DNA from: Tegillarca granosa
Taxonomy: Eukaryota
Length of the DNA: 64,000 nt
Assembly: GCA_029721355.1 (NCBI GenBank)
Contig: CM056596.1
Location: 16,311,055 to 16,375,054, forward strand
Reading direction: 5' to 3'
A program made the translations under genes and the position numbers. Positions 1-11,265 of the stretch are shown piece after piece (positions within the stretch are counted from its first letter, which is position 1; each line of letters starts with the position of its first letter). Under the pieces are notes generated by a model that searched no databases, had not been told where the DNA came from, and saw nothing but the letters and a program-made list of their open reading frames with translations.

Positions 1-539
1 TGTTCACTTACATTTATAAAAAGATCTTGCATTGATAATGCTGAATAAAAGTGTCCCTTTTTGGTGCATAGTCAATACAATCCAGCAAAATGTGCTGGAC
101 GGATTGGTCATTATACTGCCACAGAACAAAAAAGGAAAATTAATATAATATAAAAATAGAAAAAGAAAAAAAAACCAAAAAATATTAGCAACAATTTTAG
201 AAGTATATCCATCAGCAAAAACAAACAGAAACAGTTAATTTCATGGAAAGTTAAATCTAACAAATGTAGCAATATGAATATGTAGTGGGACTGAGTTAGT
301 CATGGTGATGATGTGTTTTTTTGTAGTAGGTATAATAGAGTGATTTACTGTCAGACTAACCAGTCCAGATCTGTTAGCCTTGTGGTAAAGTGTTCACTTT
401 TCACCCAGAAGGGCCAGGTTAGATCCTCAGCCAGGGCACTCTGTGAGGATTTTTTTTCAGGTGTTTCCAGGCTGTTACAAATATATATGATCAGTTTTCA
501 ATTTCTTAGCAAACCTTATCATCGGAAGCATGTAATTAT

Positions 540-945
540 AACATGGTAATTTTTAGCTCAACTGGCTAAAGCCAGATGAGCTTATGGCATGATGCGCGCG
601 TGCATGCGTGCGTGCTAGCGTCTGTCCGTCCGTTAACAGCAAAAACTCACAAACTATTGGGCCAATTTTAACAAAACTTTGCAGGAATGATCCCTAGAAG
701 AAGTAGATGAAAATTTATACAATTGGTTTCCATGGCAACCAAAAGTAGGTCACAGCGATCTAGAATGCAAAAAACCTAAAATAAGCTTCTTCTCTGAAAC
801 CATAGGTTATATGCAAAATCTGATGTGATATTTAGCTTCTAGACACCCTTAAATATATAGGTTGTACATTTCGTGAAATTCCGTCAAAAACTAGGTTATG
901 CGTTTTTAGCGTTTTTCTGTCATACTTCGTAAAAAGTGAAAATAA
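540..945 (+). mobile_element. MITE-like interspersed element head (family also at 7290-7500, 7725-7830, 13105-13460; inverted copy terminus at 59200-59300)
   Basis: Shared blocks across copies: tagctcaactggc / gagcttatggcatg, GC-rich cgtgcatgcgtgcgt / gtctgtccgtccgt, and (a)atcttctcctctgaaacc. No ORF. Confidence 0.5.
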
Positions 946-2105
946 GGCTTATAATGAGATATCAACTTTGAAAATCTTCTCCTCTGAAACCATGAAGCCT
1001 TCAGCTTTCATATTTGGCAGTTAATATCAGCTTGAGGCCCTTTACCAAGTTTGTACAAATGGTGGCCCTCGGTCCATTTTCGGCCCCACCCCAGGGGTCC
1101 ATATATCTGCATATGCATATTTGGCTTATAATGAGATATCAACTTTGAAAATCTTCTTCTCTGAAACCATGAAGCTTTAAGCTTTCATATTTGGCAGTTA
1201 ATATCAACTTGAGCCCCTTTACCAAGTTTGTACAAATGGTGGCCCCCGGTCTATTTTTGGCCCCACCCCAGGGGTCCGTATATCTGCATATGCATATATG
1301 GCTTATAGTGGAAAATCAACTTTGAAAATCTTCTTCTCTGAAACCATGAAGCCTTCAGCTTTCATATTTGGCAGTTAATATCATCTTGAGACCCTTTACC
1401 AAGTTTGTACAAATGGTGGCACTCAGTCTATTTTCGGCCCCAACCCAGGGGTCTATATATCTGCATATGCATATATGGCTTAAAATGAGATATCAACTTT
1501 AAAATCTTCTTCTCTGAAATCATGAAGCCTTAAGCTTTCATATTTGGCAGTTAATAACAGCTTGAGGCCCTTTACCAAGTTTGTACAAATGGTGGCCCCC
1601 GGTCCATTTTTGGCCCCACCCAGGGGTTCATATATCTGTATATGCATATATTGGAAATCAAGTTTAAAAATTTTCCTCTCTGAAACTGTAAGGCATAATG
1701 CTTTTATTTTTGGCATTTAATATCAGCTCAAGTCCCTTTACCAGGTTTGTACAAATGGTGGCCCCTGGGCCATTTTTGGTCCCACCCCAAGGGCCAATAT
1801 ATCTACATATGCATATATGGGAAATCAAATTTAAAAATCTTCTTCTCTGAAACTGTAAGGCTTAAAGCTTTCACAATAAGCTCAAGTCCCTTTACCAGGT
1901 TTTTACAAATAAAAGCCTCTGGGCCATTTTTGGTCCCACCCAGGGGCGCATATACCTATATATACTTATATGGGAAGTCAAATTTAAAAATATTCTTTTC
2001 TGAAACTGTAAGGCCTACAGCTTTTATATTTAGCATTTTACATCAGCTCAAGTCCCTGTACCTAGTTTATATAAATGGAGGCACAAGAACCATTTTTGTC
2101 AGTTG
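946..2105 (+). repeat. Tandem satellite, about 177-bp monomer, 7 copies (first 4 near-identical, last 3 diverged, about 160 bp)
   Basis: Monomer starts (ggcttataatgagatatcaactttgaaaatcttcttctctgaaaccatgaagcc...) at 946, 1123, 1300, 1477, about 1652, 1810 and 1973. The monomer carries the aatcttct.ctctgaaacc motif of the adjacent MITE-like element. ORF-track entries 1480..1716 and 1747..2106 are repeat artefacts. Confidence 0.85.
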
Positions 2106-2250
2106 AGCTCCACAGGCCCTTTTGGGCCTCTTGTTAGATTTATCCTGCCATAATTCAAACATATGAAATAAGAGCAGAGAGGAATGTGTATTTTTAGTTT
2201 TGTTGATGAGAAATTTCATGGATACATTAATTTAACTTAATTATTTTCAG

Positions 2251-2373
2251 ATTAAGACATGGAAAAGATCATATTGTAAACATGAAACATGAGAAAGAGA
2301 GATTAGATCAAGTGTGTGAACAGGAAGATAAACTAATAATGAAACTAAGGAAGGTTCTAGATATTGTTGAGAG
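2251..2373 (+). CDS. TFIP11: TFIP11-like exon (first visible in window); phase 1 start, ends after 2 nt of a split codon
   Basis: Acceptor ttattttcag at 2241-2250 and donor gtaaat at 2374. In-frame peptide LRHGKDHIVNMKHEKERLDQVCEQEDKLIMKLRKVLDIVE joins in phase with the next exon. Confidence 0.55.
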
Positions 2374-3044
2374 GTAAATATTATATAGCTATAATTAATT
2401 AGATTTCAGTAAGTAGCGAGAGTCAAAATATCGTGGAGCATTATTGTCTAAAACAGATTTCCCAGTTCTAGATCAGTGAATTCGTAACCTGGCCATTTTG
2501 TTTCTCAGATTTAAATTTGCACTAAATGACCTAGCAAGTTTCCATTCAAGAATTCTTGTTTTCTTAGACCATTGATTTTTTCTAGTCCTAAGTAGAGTGA
2601 AACCTAAGGTGTAAAGTTTGTTGATATTTAAGTCATGAGAAAAATTGCATTAAGTGGCAATACAAAAAAATGTTTAAAACCATATTGTTATACTTTAAAG
2701 ATTCTGGTGTAAATTTGTTAAAGAGATGAATTATCTCCTCAAAGAAAATACATTTAAACATCCTTCTAATTGTACATTTATATTATCATTGATTTTTTTT
2801 TTGAAAAACAAAACTAAAAGATGATGCAGTGGAACCTGTCTACTATACTAAACACCTTTCAGACTGAAAAACATTTGTTTTCAAATTAGAGATTTGGTTC
2901 TTACAAGTTAACTGTAAAATTATATTTATGCTTTGTCTTAATAAATTACATTGGTTAAGACAGATTTCATTTTATTTATAGCTAGGTTTTCACAAGTTTC
3001 TGTGTCCTTGTACATGTATTATGAATTATTATTTATTCTTTAAG

Positions 3045-3192
3045 CTGTGAAAAACGTTCATTACCTGGTTGTGATAATCCACTTACACTGGATGAAACAG
3101 CAGGTATATTTAAGATGTTACAGGATGATTTTTATGAAGAATACAGAATGTATGATCTTGCTGCTTTGGCAGTGGCATTAGTATTTCCATTG
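3045..3192 (+). CDS. TFIP11: TFIP11-like exon (GCFC domain region)
   Basis: Acceptor ...ttctttaag and donor gtaagt. Peptide CEKRSLPGCDNPLTLDETAGIFKMLQDDFYEEYRMYDLAALAVALVFPL resembles human TFIP11 ...LTLDE...YEEY...LAVA.V.PL. Confidence 0.8.
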
Positions 3193-3615
3193 GTAAGTTC
3201 TAGCTTTTCAAAATACATAATTACATGTATATTGCATGTCTAAAGTCAATTATATTTTACCCTTAGAAAAGGCATTATCAGGTATGGAATCAAGTGTATG
3301 GAATTTTATATTTCGGTGAAGATCGTTTTACTGATATTTATATGCCACTTTTTTAAGTGTTGCAGTGAAGTTGTACAATTTGTTATGTATATGTAATTAT
3401 TTTATCACGTTTGATAGTGAGGTTTCTTATTTCTATTCATGCCACATGATATCGTATAAATGTATCATCCAAAGGACCTTAATAGTCATGGATAAAGCAT
3501 TCTATTGGCTATTGCAGTCATTTGGTGGGTTACTTTTATTTTGTAGTGATTGTGTATTGGTGATCTGCTGTTGGAACATTGCTCTCAATATCTTTATTAT
3601 ATTCTGTATTTTTAG

Positions 3616-3803
3616 ATGAAACAATATTTCAATGATTGGGATCCATTAGGTAATCCCAGGCATGGTAGAGAGGTAGTAAAACAGTGGCAATATTTACTGG
3701 AAGAACAGAACCAGCTATTTACAGCACCTGATCCCAGTAATATGGATGTGTATCAGCGATTACTCTGGGATATTTGGTTACCTGTGGTTAGAAGGACAAT
3801 ATT
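3616..3803 (+). CDS. TFIP11: TFIP11-like exon
   Basis: Acceptor tatttttag and donor gtaaga. Peptide MKQYFNDWDPLGNPRHGREVVKQWQYLLEEQNQLFTAPDPSNMDVYQRLLWDIWLPVVRRTI matches human TFIP11 MKEYF.EWDPL... Confidence 0.85.
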
Positions 3804-4481
3804 GTAAGAAATTTTGTTATGCATTTTACGCAATTAAATAGGAGATAGTTATGTCTTGTGTGGTATTTAAACCACAACATTGGATATAAATCTGCAAATA
3901 TATTGCTTGTTCAAAGTCAGGAATTTTATTTTAAGTAGTTTCAATTGTTGTTTTAACTTGTCTTCTGGCTTATTTGTTAAATACATCTAAAATTGCCTCA
4001 TGATTGCCAAATATCCCTACCCTCAGCAATCTCAGCAAAGTTTTGTCCTTGTGATCTTGACTTTAACCTAGACACCTAAATGTGCTCCCTCAGTCACATC
4101 ATCCTGGTACAGAGTGAACCAGTTGATACTATGTCCTCCTAATGCATGGTGACAGAAGAGGAAGCATTATCTTAAATTATATAGTCTAATGTATGACTTG
4201 GCAACAACAGAAGAGTAACATGCATTTTGTTTGATCTTTGATTAACGTTAGACCTTGCCATTCCACAAAATGGTATTTTTTCCTATATTTTCTGAAATTG
4301 GATTCCACTGTTGTACAGGTGTTTATATTAACAACAATTTCACACCAATATTCTATATTGGGAATTTCGTAATGAACATTGGTTGGCATATAGAATGTAT
4401 CCATTGTTGTTTTAAATCTACATGCAGTGTTTCAAACTTTTTCATGTTAACATAATTCTGTATTTGTAACTTTTTCAACAG

Positions 4482-4897
4482 GAATTGGAATGTAAGAAAT
4501 TGTGATGCCTTGATAGAAATGCTAGAAATATGGATGCCAGTTTTACCTCCTTGGATTATGGAGAATATTTTAAACCAGCTTGTGTTTCCACGGTTACTAC
4601 AGGAAGTAGAAACATGGAATCCATTAACAGATACAATGCCTATACATGCATGGCTTCACCCATGGCTCCCGTTAATGGGTGATAAACTAGAACCATTATA
4701 TGCACCAATCAGACATAAAATTGCTAGTGCTCTTACTAGCTGGCACCCATCAGACACATCTGCAAAGGTGATTTTACAGCCATGGGTGAGAGTTTTTAAA
4801 CAAGGACATATGGAAGCATTTTTAGTGAAGAATATTGTTCCAAAACTTGGACTTTGTATGCAGGAATTTGTTATAAATCCACATCAGCAAATCTTAG
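4482..4897 (+). CDS. TFIP11: TFIP11-like exon
   Basis: Acceptor tttttcaacag and donor gtaagt at 4898. Peptide NWNVRNCDALIEMLEIWMPVLPPWIMENILNQLVFPRLLQEVETWNPLTDTMPIHAWLHPWLPLMGDKLEPLYAPIRHKIASALTSWHPSDTSAKVILQPWVRVFKQGHMEAFLVKNIVPKLGLCMQEFVINPHQQIL contains the conserved WNPLTDT.PIH.W.HPWLPLM block. ORF-track entry 4510..5100 reads on into the intron. Confidence 0.88.
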
Positions 4898-5384
4898 GTA
4901 AGTATAATGTTAAAAAGATCATTAAAATTGTTAAAAAAGATAGAATTGATGAGCAGGGGTGGCTTTGGCTCCTAATAAACAGGTGCCAAAAAAATCGCCA
5001 GTTCTGGATTTTTGTCACCAGTTTTTGGAAACTGGAGCCAGAAGATAAAATGATTCACCATCAGCCTCTGTTCAGTACCAGATTGTATTTAGCATTTTAA
5101 TTGCAACTTGTTTGTAAAATGAAGAATAAAAACGCAATTAAATTTGTATTTATTTGTTTATTCACCATCCAATACTGCTAGTTTAACCTTACATACAACA
5201 AAAAAATCAATATTAACACCAAATACGTAAAAGATGGCATAAGTGAAAATTTTTACCATTTATATTTAAAAAATAAATCGTGATTTGCTGCAATAAATGC
5301 CATTGACCCACATTCATTTAGTAAGTCCTTCACTCTGACCCAGATCTGACCTCACGATCATGAATAAAATTTGCATACGTTATT

Positions 5385-5887
5385 TTAATCGGTCTGGTTA
5401 TTAAGAAGAAAAATGTTACCTTTGCATCGTGATTCATGATTTATAACGCTTTCCTTTTTCAAGACATCACATCCAGTTGTAAACGAGTTGCAGACTTGAG
5501 CTTTAATACAAATATCACAGTACATAAGTTTTGTTTTGTGATCGTACCTAAGCCATGAACGTCCAAATTTCCAAGTGTCCATAAATTTACGTGTACTAGG
5601 CGTTTTAGAAGTATGAACAACTTTATCCGGTTTTTCATTTTTTTTTTCTGGTGTTTGTTGCATCTGCACATTTTCAATAACATTGCTATCAGAACCAAAA
5701 CCAAAGGATGATAATTTTGCAATTTTACATTGTTGGGTTGCGGTAAAGTCCAATTTACGTTTACCCATGATAACGGGTGAAAGATTTTTTTAAGTATGTG
5801 AAAACTCGTGAGTTTGCTGTCCATTTTAAGTGTTGTCGGATCTTTGTGATTTTTACCATGTTTATTTTTTGAAAATTTTGCCGACAT
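5385..5887 (-). mobile_element. Fragment of a hAT-like / TTF-type zinc-finger (ZMYM1/GTF2IRD2-like) transposase-derived ORF, interrupted
   Basis: Minus-strand ORF MGKRKLDFTATQQCKIAKLSSFGFG...RKFMDTWKFGRSWLRYDHKTKLMYCDICIKAQVCNSF fits a zf-TTF pattern (F..W...WL.Y......CF.C). An overlapping ORF lies in another frame. No downstream transposase core is intact. The region 6180-6300 contains short inverted repeats (ggaccactgtgg ... gcgaccactgttg) that may belong to the same remnant. Confidence 0.35.
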
Positions 5888-6439
5888 AGTTCACAGATTC
5901 TATATATACACCGTGCTTGGATACACAAGAGAACATTAAAGACACACGACCACTAACTATGTATATGGTCGTAAACTAATTAATTACAGTAATAAATTTA
6001 TAAGTATAATTAACTCTTTCATACTACCTAATCACTTTAATTGCCGTCTTTAACACATCTTTCTACATGGCTTCCAAGTAAATCCTTTATTAATACCTGT
6101 CATCTGTATACACTGTAACAAGCCTCAATCGATAACCTGTTTATTTTTTCGACACATGCCGATAAGACTCTTTTATTTGGGGACCACTGTGGAATAATTT
6201 TTGTAATCGCCAAAAAAATCGCAAGGCGCCGATTTTTATCGCCGAAAAATCATAAAAAAACGCAATTTGCGATGTTGGCGAGCGACAGCGCGACCACTGT
6301 TGATGAGTTTTTATTTCAAAATGTCAGATTCTATCAAACATTGTAGCTTTACTAGTATCAGAAGGTGCAGTAGACATCAGAATTTGATTTGTTAACCTGG
6401 AGATTAAGTTTTTGAATTTTAAACAAAGAAAAGAAAAAG

Positions 6440-7030
6440 ATTATCCTTATTATGGATGAAACAATGAAGTTTACTAAACATGTAGCATCCTGCGTAAACA
6501 AAGCGAATAGAACTATTGGAATTATTAAAAGATCATTTGAGTACATGGACATTGATATGTTTTTACCACTGTATAAATCCCTTATAAGACCCCACCTAGA
6601 ATATGCAAGTGTTATATGGAATTATTTACATAAAAAAGATATCATCACTATAGAAAACGTGCAGAAAAGCCTAGTTACCAGATTGAAACATCTTCCATAT
6701 AACCAAAGACTCCTAATTCTGGGACTTCCAACGCTGCAATACAGGCGCAAAAGAACCTACATGATCTAGACTTATAGAATAATACATCAGATTGACAAAC
6801 TGCCCATACATAAATTCTTTAAAATGGATGTCCAGAAAATCACTAGGGGTAACAAGAAAAAAATTATAAAGGACTGTAGAAAAAACTCATTTGCCAATAG
6901 GATCATAAACGACTGGAATTTGCTATCTAATGATGCTGTAGAGTTAGACACATTGAATGCATTTAAATCTAAATTGAACGAAGAGTGGAGGAATATAGAG
7001 TCGAAGTTTAATTCAGTTTGTCAATAAATT
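6440..7030 (+). mobile_element. 5'-truncated non-LTR (LINE) retrotransposon fragment: RT C-terminal region plus C-terminal tail, two ORFs separated by a frame break
   Basis: ORF 6452..6769 contains ...NRTIGIIKRSF...LYKSLIRPHLEYASVIWN...KKDI..IE.VQK...RL...YNQRLLILGLPTLQYRRKR. ORF 6824..7027 contains ...RGNKKKIIKDCRKNSFANRIINDWNLLSNDAVELDTLNAFKSKLNEEW. These are typical C-terminal motifs of jockey/CR1/RTE-type LINE proteins. No upstream RT domains are present, so the element is truncated. It lies in a TFIP11 intron. Confidence 0.7.
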
Positions 7031-7289
7031 CTTCAAGTTTTCGAATTGTACATAGACAGTATTTTAGTTAAGGTGCAAGTACGTTACTATTTTCCAGCTA
7101 TGAAACATTTTAATTAGTATTAATAAGAAAGATATATTTTAAAGCGCAATCCAGAAAAAAATATCAAGACTTTAAGAAACAAAAAATTAAAATCCGGTCA
7201 ATACAAGTGATAACACTTACAATAGACCATGTTTCCAGTAAGTTATCCAGTAAGTAACAATATCTACATGTAGATAATATCAGTTTATC

Positions 7290-7500
7290 TGTGTAATTTT
7301 TTAGCTGAACTGGCTTATGACATGGTTTTGCGTGCATGCGTGCATCTGTCTGTGGATGCGTGCGTAAACTTTAATCTTCTCCTCTGAAACCACTGGGCCA
7401 ATTGGGACCTAATTCGGTGTGGAAGGACATTAGGTTGGGTAGACTAAAGTTTGTACCAGGCGATCCCGCCTGACATCCAAGGTGGCCGATGTTACTATAA
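7290..7500 (+). repeat. Copy of the MITE-like element family (head), followed by a second partial copy at 7725-7830
   Basis: ttttagctgaactggcttatgacatgg ... cgtgcatgcgtgcatctgtctgtggatgcgtgcgt ... aatcttctcctctgaaaccactgggcc ... taccaggcgatccc. The second copy at 7725-7830 reads gaaaatcttctcctctgaaaccactgggcc...taccaggcgtccc. Confidence 0.55.
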
Positions 7501-7590
7501 ATAGAAAGAACACACAAATAGCCATTGTTGAGTCATTTTTAAATTTTTTTGTTCAAATTTGAAATGTAGAGAGTAGATAGCAGGGCATTC

Positions 7591-7591
<1 letters not shown>

Positions 7592-7646
<55 letters not shown>
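7592..7646. repeat. (AC)n microsatellite, about 27 units
   Basis: Perfect dinucleotide tract between the two MITE-like copies. Confidence 0.95.
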
Positions 7647-7650
<4 letters not shown>

Positions 7651-8734
7651 ACAGGTTTTTTTGAGAAATTGTTCATTGACCCAATTTTTAGGAATTATGC
7701 AAATGAGGTGTAATATTTAATCAATTCTTTGAAAATCTTCTCCTCTGAAACCACTGGGCCAACTAGAACCATATTTGGTGTGGAAAATCCTTAGGTGGGG
7801 TAGACTTAAGTTTTTACCAGGCGTCCCAAGATGTATAAGTGTGACAGCTGTGATATGTTGTTTATTTGTATAATAAATACTTGTTCAGAATTAACAATTA
7901 ATGTACTTTGGTATTTACTTTATCCAATCTATTATCATGGATTCCAAATTTTATTTATGTACTTCTCATTACTGTACAGATCCCATATATCCATTGAATA
8001 TCCATGTAGGATACAGTTGAATCAATGTCATGTAACTTTTCCATTCCTTATGAACATGGTTTATAATACAAGATCTTGTACACAATGTACATGTATATTC
8101 AAATGTTGTATTGTTTTGGAGTCAATGTTTAATTGTTTATTAAAACAGATATGTTTTATCACAATAATTTAGTGCAAACTAAAATTGTCTTAGGAAGACA
8201 AAAATAAAAGTGCAAAAATAACAAAATGAAGATATTGATTAAAATTGTAGGTTCAAGAGAACAAATTCATCAGTCATTCTGCTTAGTCCTCTTATATTGC
8301 TCATAGTAGAATTCATTCTCTGTAGAGTTCAAAGACTGTCTACTACTCATTTTTAAACTCCACAGAAGTATATATGTTATGCATTTAGACATGGGATATT
8401 GATTTTTGGTCTGATCAGAAACACTCTGCTAGTAAATTCACTTTCGAAATCATAATTTTGGGTCAGAAATAAAAAAAATACATGTATAGCAATGTTAATT
8501 TCTCATTTGTAAACAGGTTTGAACCCCAAACTCTTGACTTTGAAAGTCAGTGATATATCATTTAGTCATTTTCAATACATTACATGAATGATGAAATAAT
8601 AAAAATGTTACTTGTGTTGGCTGAGGCAGAAAAAATTACCTTGGCTTGCTTATGCTCACAATTCTATAATGTTATTTAAAAATTTAATTTACATAATATT
8701 ACATAATATTTTTATTTTCATTATTTATTTTTAG

Positions 8735-8941
8735 ATCCTTTTAATTGGGTGATGTCTTGGAGTGACATAATACCAATAAAACATCTTGTTGGTATGTTAG
8801 AAAAAACCTTCTTTCCAAAGTGGTTGAATGTATTGTGTACATGGCTAAGTAACATGCCAAATTATGAAGAGGTTACAAAGTGGTACTTGGGTTGGAAGTC
8901 CATGTTTTCAGATGTTTATTTATCTCATCCAACAGTTAAAG
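8735..8941 (+). CDS. TFIP11: TFIP11-like exon
   Basis: Acceptor ttatttatttttag and donor gtcagt. Peptide (D)[68 protein letters not shown] matches human ...[30 protein letters not shown]. The split codon completes as D with the previous exon. Confidence 0.88.
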
Positions 8942-9074
8942 GTCAGTAAATGTGTTATAATAGTTTTGAATTTGGTGATGATTTTAAATGAGAAAATTTG
9001 TAAGAGAACTGGCTCTCCAAATTTTAGGGGCCTTGATGACAGAGTGTTCTAAAGCACATTCTTACAGATTACAG

Positions 9075-9560
9075 TGCCTCTCACAGCCTAGGTTCTAATC
9101 CTGCTTGGGCAGATCAAAGTGCCTCTCACAGCCTAGGTACTAACCCTGCTAGGGCAGATCACAGTGCCTCTCACAACCTAGGTTCTAATCCTGCTTGGGC
9201 AGATCAAAGTGCCTCTCACAGCCTAGGTTCTAATCCTGCTTAGGCAGACCACAGTGCCTTTCACAGCCTAGGTTCTAATCCTGCTTGGGCAGATCACAGT
9301 GCCTCTCACAGCCTAGGTTCTAATCCTGCTTGGGCAGATCACAGTGCCTCTCACAGCCTAGGTTCTAATCCTGCTTGGGCACATCAAAGTGCCTCTCACA
9401 GCCTAGGTTCTAATCCTGCTAAGGCAGACCACAGTGCCTCTCACAGCCTAGGTTCTAATCCTGCTTAGGCAGACCACAGTGCCTCTCACAGCCTAGGTTC
9501 TAATCCTGCTTAGGCAGACCACAGTGCCTCTCACAGCCTAGGTTCTAATCCTGCTTGGGC
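9075..9560 (+). repeat. 45-bp minisatellite, about 10.8 copies, derived from a SINE tRNA-like (T-loop) region
   Basis: Period 45 (tgcctctcacagcctaggttctaatcctgcttgggcagatca[ac]ag). The array runs directly into a SINE 3' body at 9560-9650 (ggcagatcctagtgtgagacagttggttagtttgctcaccaagagtcaatggttttc). Compare the full SINE at 63235-63480: ttcgaatcccacttggcagatcctagagtgagaaagcttgtcatttctcttgccaaaggttggtggttttc. Confidence 0.85.
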
Positions 9561-10137
9561 AGATCCTAGTGTGAGACAGTTGGTTAGTTTGCTCACCAAG
9601 AGTCAATGGTTTTCTTTAGATATTCCTGTTTTCATCTACCAAAAAAAAAAAAATTGACTGCTTCAATGTAAGTGAAAAAAATTGTGACTGGGAAAGGGGG
9701 ATTATCGTTTGTCTAATCCATTCCAATCTAATCTCCCACTTTCTTATCCTTTAAATGTAGTAATTTATTTTATCAATTATTAAGGACATGACAATCTTAT
9801 TTTGTTATCTATACAAGTGGGAATGTATGTGAACAAATTTGGACTGGCAATTGTTTTTCCTAGTTTCATGATTGGATAATGAAAAAAGTCCATTTCTTAT
9901 ACATGTATTTTCAATCTTTAATTCCACAATGGCTTTGAAGATCCCAAAAACAAGTTCTAGAGTCCTTACTCCTTTTGGAGTAATTCGCTGATAATGTTTT
10001 ATTAGACACAAAGTTTAGTCATTTTCAATGCCCATACTTGCTTTAGTTTTGAACTAAGATTTATTTACGAAAAAGTTAAATAATTTTTACTCAGAAGAAA
10101 TTTTGATTTTACAGATATTTTTTGGTTGTTGTTATAG

Positions 10138-10313
10138 ATTATTTTAACAAAGCCCTGGATATAATGAACAGAGCTGTGTCAGGAAACTTCCAGCCAGGAG
10201 TTAAAGAAAATATGGCTTATTTTGCACATAATGAAAGAAAACATTTGGCAGATGCTGCTCCAAGATCAGGATCTAACTCACCTGTACCTCCTCCACCTAA
10301 ACCCCCAGCTGAG
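10138..10313 (+). CDS. TFIP11: TFIP11-like exon
   Basis: Acceptor gttgttgttatag and donor gtaaat. Peptide (D)[58 protein letters not shown] matches human FNQGLDLMNRAVSS. Confidence 0.85.
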
Positions 10314-10339
10314 GTAAATATAACAAAATATTAATCTGA

Positions 10340-10700
10340 ACAGAGCTCATTGAGTTGAGTTGAGTTAAGTAATGGTATTTAATGTCCCAGTCAAGAATAT
10401 TTCACTTATATCGAGACATTGCCAGTTATAGGCAAAAGTGCAGAAATTTTGCCTGTGCGTTGTGCTGATGGCATTATACAGCAGGATTTTTTATCATGCC
10501 ACACCTACCATGATATAGGACCTCGTTTATTTTAAGTTCCCATCCGAAAAAACCATGACTTTCATTTCGAAATGCTGAGTGCTTGACAAAAGAACAGTCA
10601 CTACCCACTTTCAAGTTTTGGGTCAGACCTGGTCGGGGTTCGAATCCATGACCTCCCACTTACGGAGCAAGCACTCTACCAGCTGAGCTACCTCAGTGGT
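10340..10700 (-). mobile_element. tRNA-derived SINE, minus orientation
   Basis: Revcomp of 10637-10698 is ggtagctcagctggtagagtgcttgctccgtaagtgggaggtcatggattcgaaccccgacc (tRNA-like A and B boxes). The central domain ccagtcaagaatatttcacttatatcgag is shared with the SINE at 37030-37290. Confidence 0.75.
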
Positions 10701-11193
10701 ACAGAGCTAATTGATCCTCGTGTTTTAAATAAAAAATTATGCATAAATTATTGGTTGTTGCTAATGTCTAATGTCTAAAATCTGAACAAGACAACTGTAA
10801 GTAAAGTTGTATAATTTGTTTCTAAATATTTGTAAACAAATTAAGTTTATTTATTGTGAACAGGTAAGCAAACTGTTTCATCTGCAAACTGCATGAGCAG
10901 AACAATCAATCAACCTTGATCATACAACAACATAAACAGCAGTATTCACATACACTCCACAGATCATCCTGTATATCTTTGGACAAGAGTTTTAACTGTT
11001 ATAAAGACACCCATGAAATAAATATAGTGTTATGTCTAAAGTGCATTATAAAGGTTTTAATTTCTGCAATTTTACCTGTAGCTTGTGATGTCAATACAAC
11101 AATGGAGGTTTTGTCACATGTGTAATTGTAGACTCGTACAAGAATACAGTAATGGCATTTGTTCTAATTTGATCATTTCTTCTTTTGTTTAAG

Positions 11194-11265
11194 TTCCCTG
11201 GTGCCAGAAGTGCTACTGGTAGTTCCACATATCCAACAAGCTTTAAAGATTTATTGGAGAAAAAG
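11194..11265 (+). CDS. TFIP11: TFIP11-like exon
   Basis: Acceptor cttttgtttaag and donor gtaaac. Peptide FPGARSATGSSTYPTSFKDLLEKK. Phase 0 at both ends. Confidence 0.7.

Noticed and set aside
1480-2106. ORF-track proteins 1480..1716 (-) and 1747..2106 (+).
   Set aside because: They lie entirely inside the 177-bp tandem satellite. The repeated peptides are artefacts of the repeat.
4898-5100. Continuation of the long ORF 4510..5100 beyond ...HQQIL.
   Set aside because: A consensus donor gtaagt sits at 4898 and the following peptide (GKYNVKKIIKIVKK...) has no similarity. The conserved frame resumes at 8735 (DPFNWVMSW...).
9075-9560. Regular 45-bp direct repeats that could superficially resemble a CRISPR array (also the 177-bp, 180-bp, 147-bp and 31-bp arrays).
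   Set aside because: The units are contiguous with no unique spacers, and the monomers derive from SINE/MITE sequences. The context is a eukaryotic intron-containing gene region. These are satellites or minisatellites.
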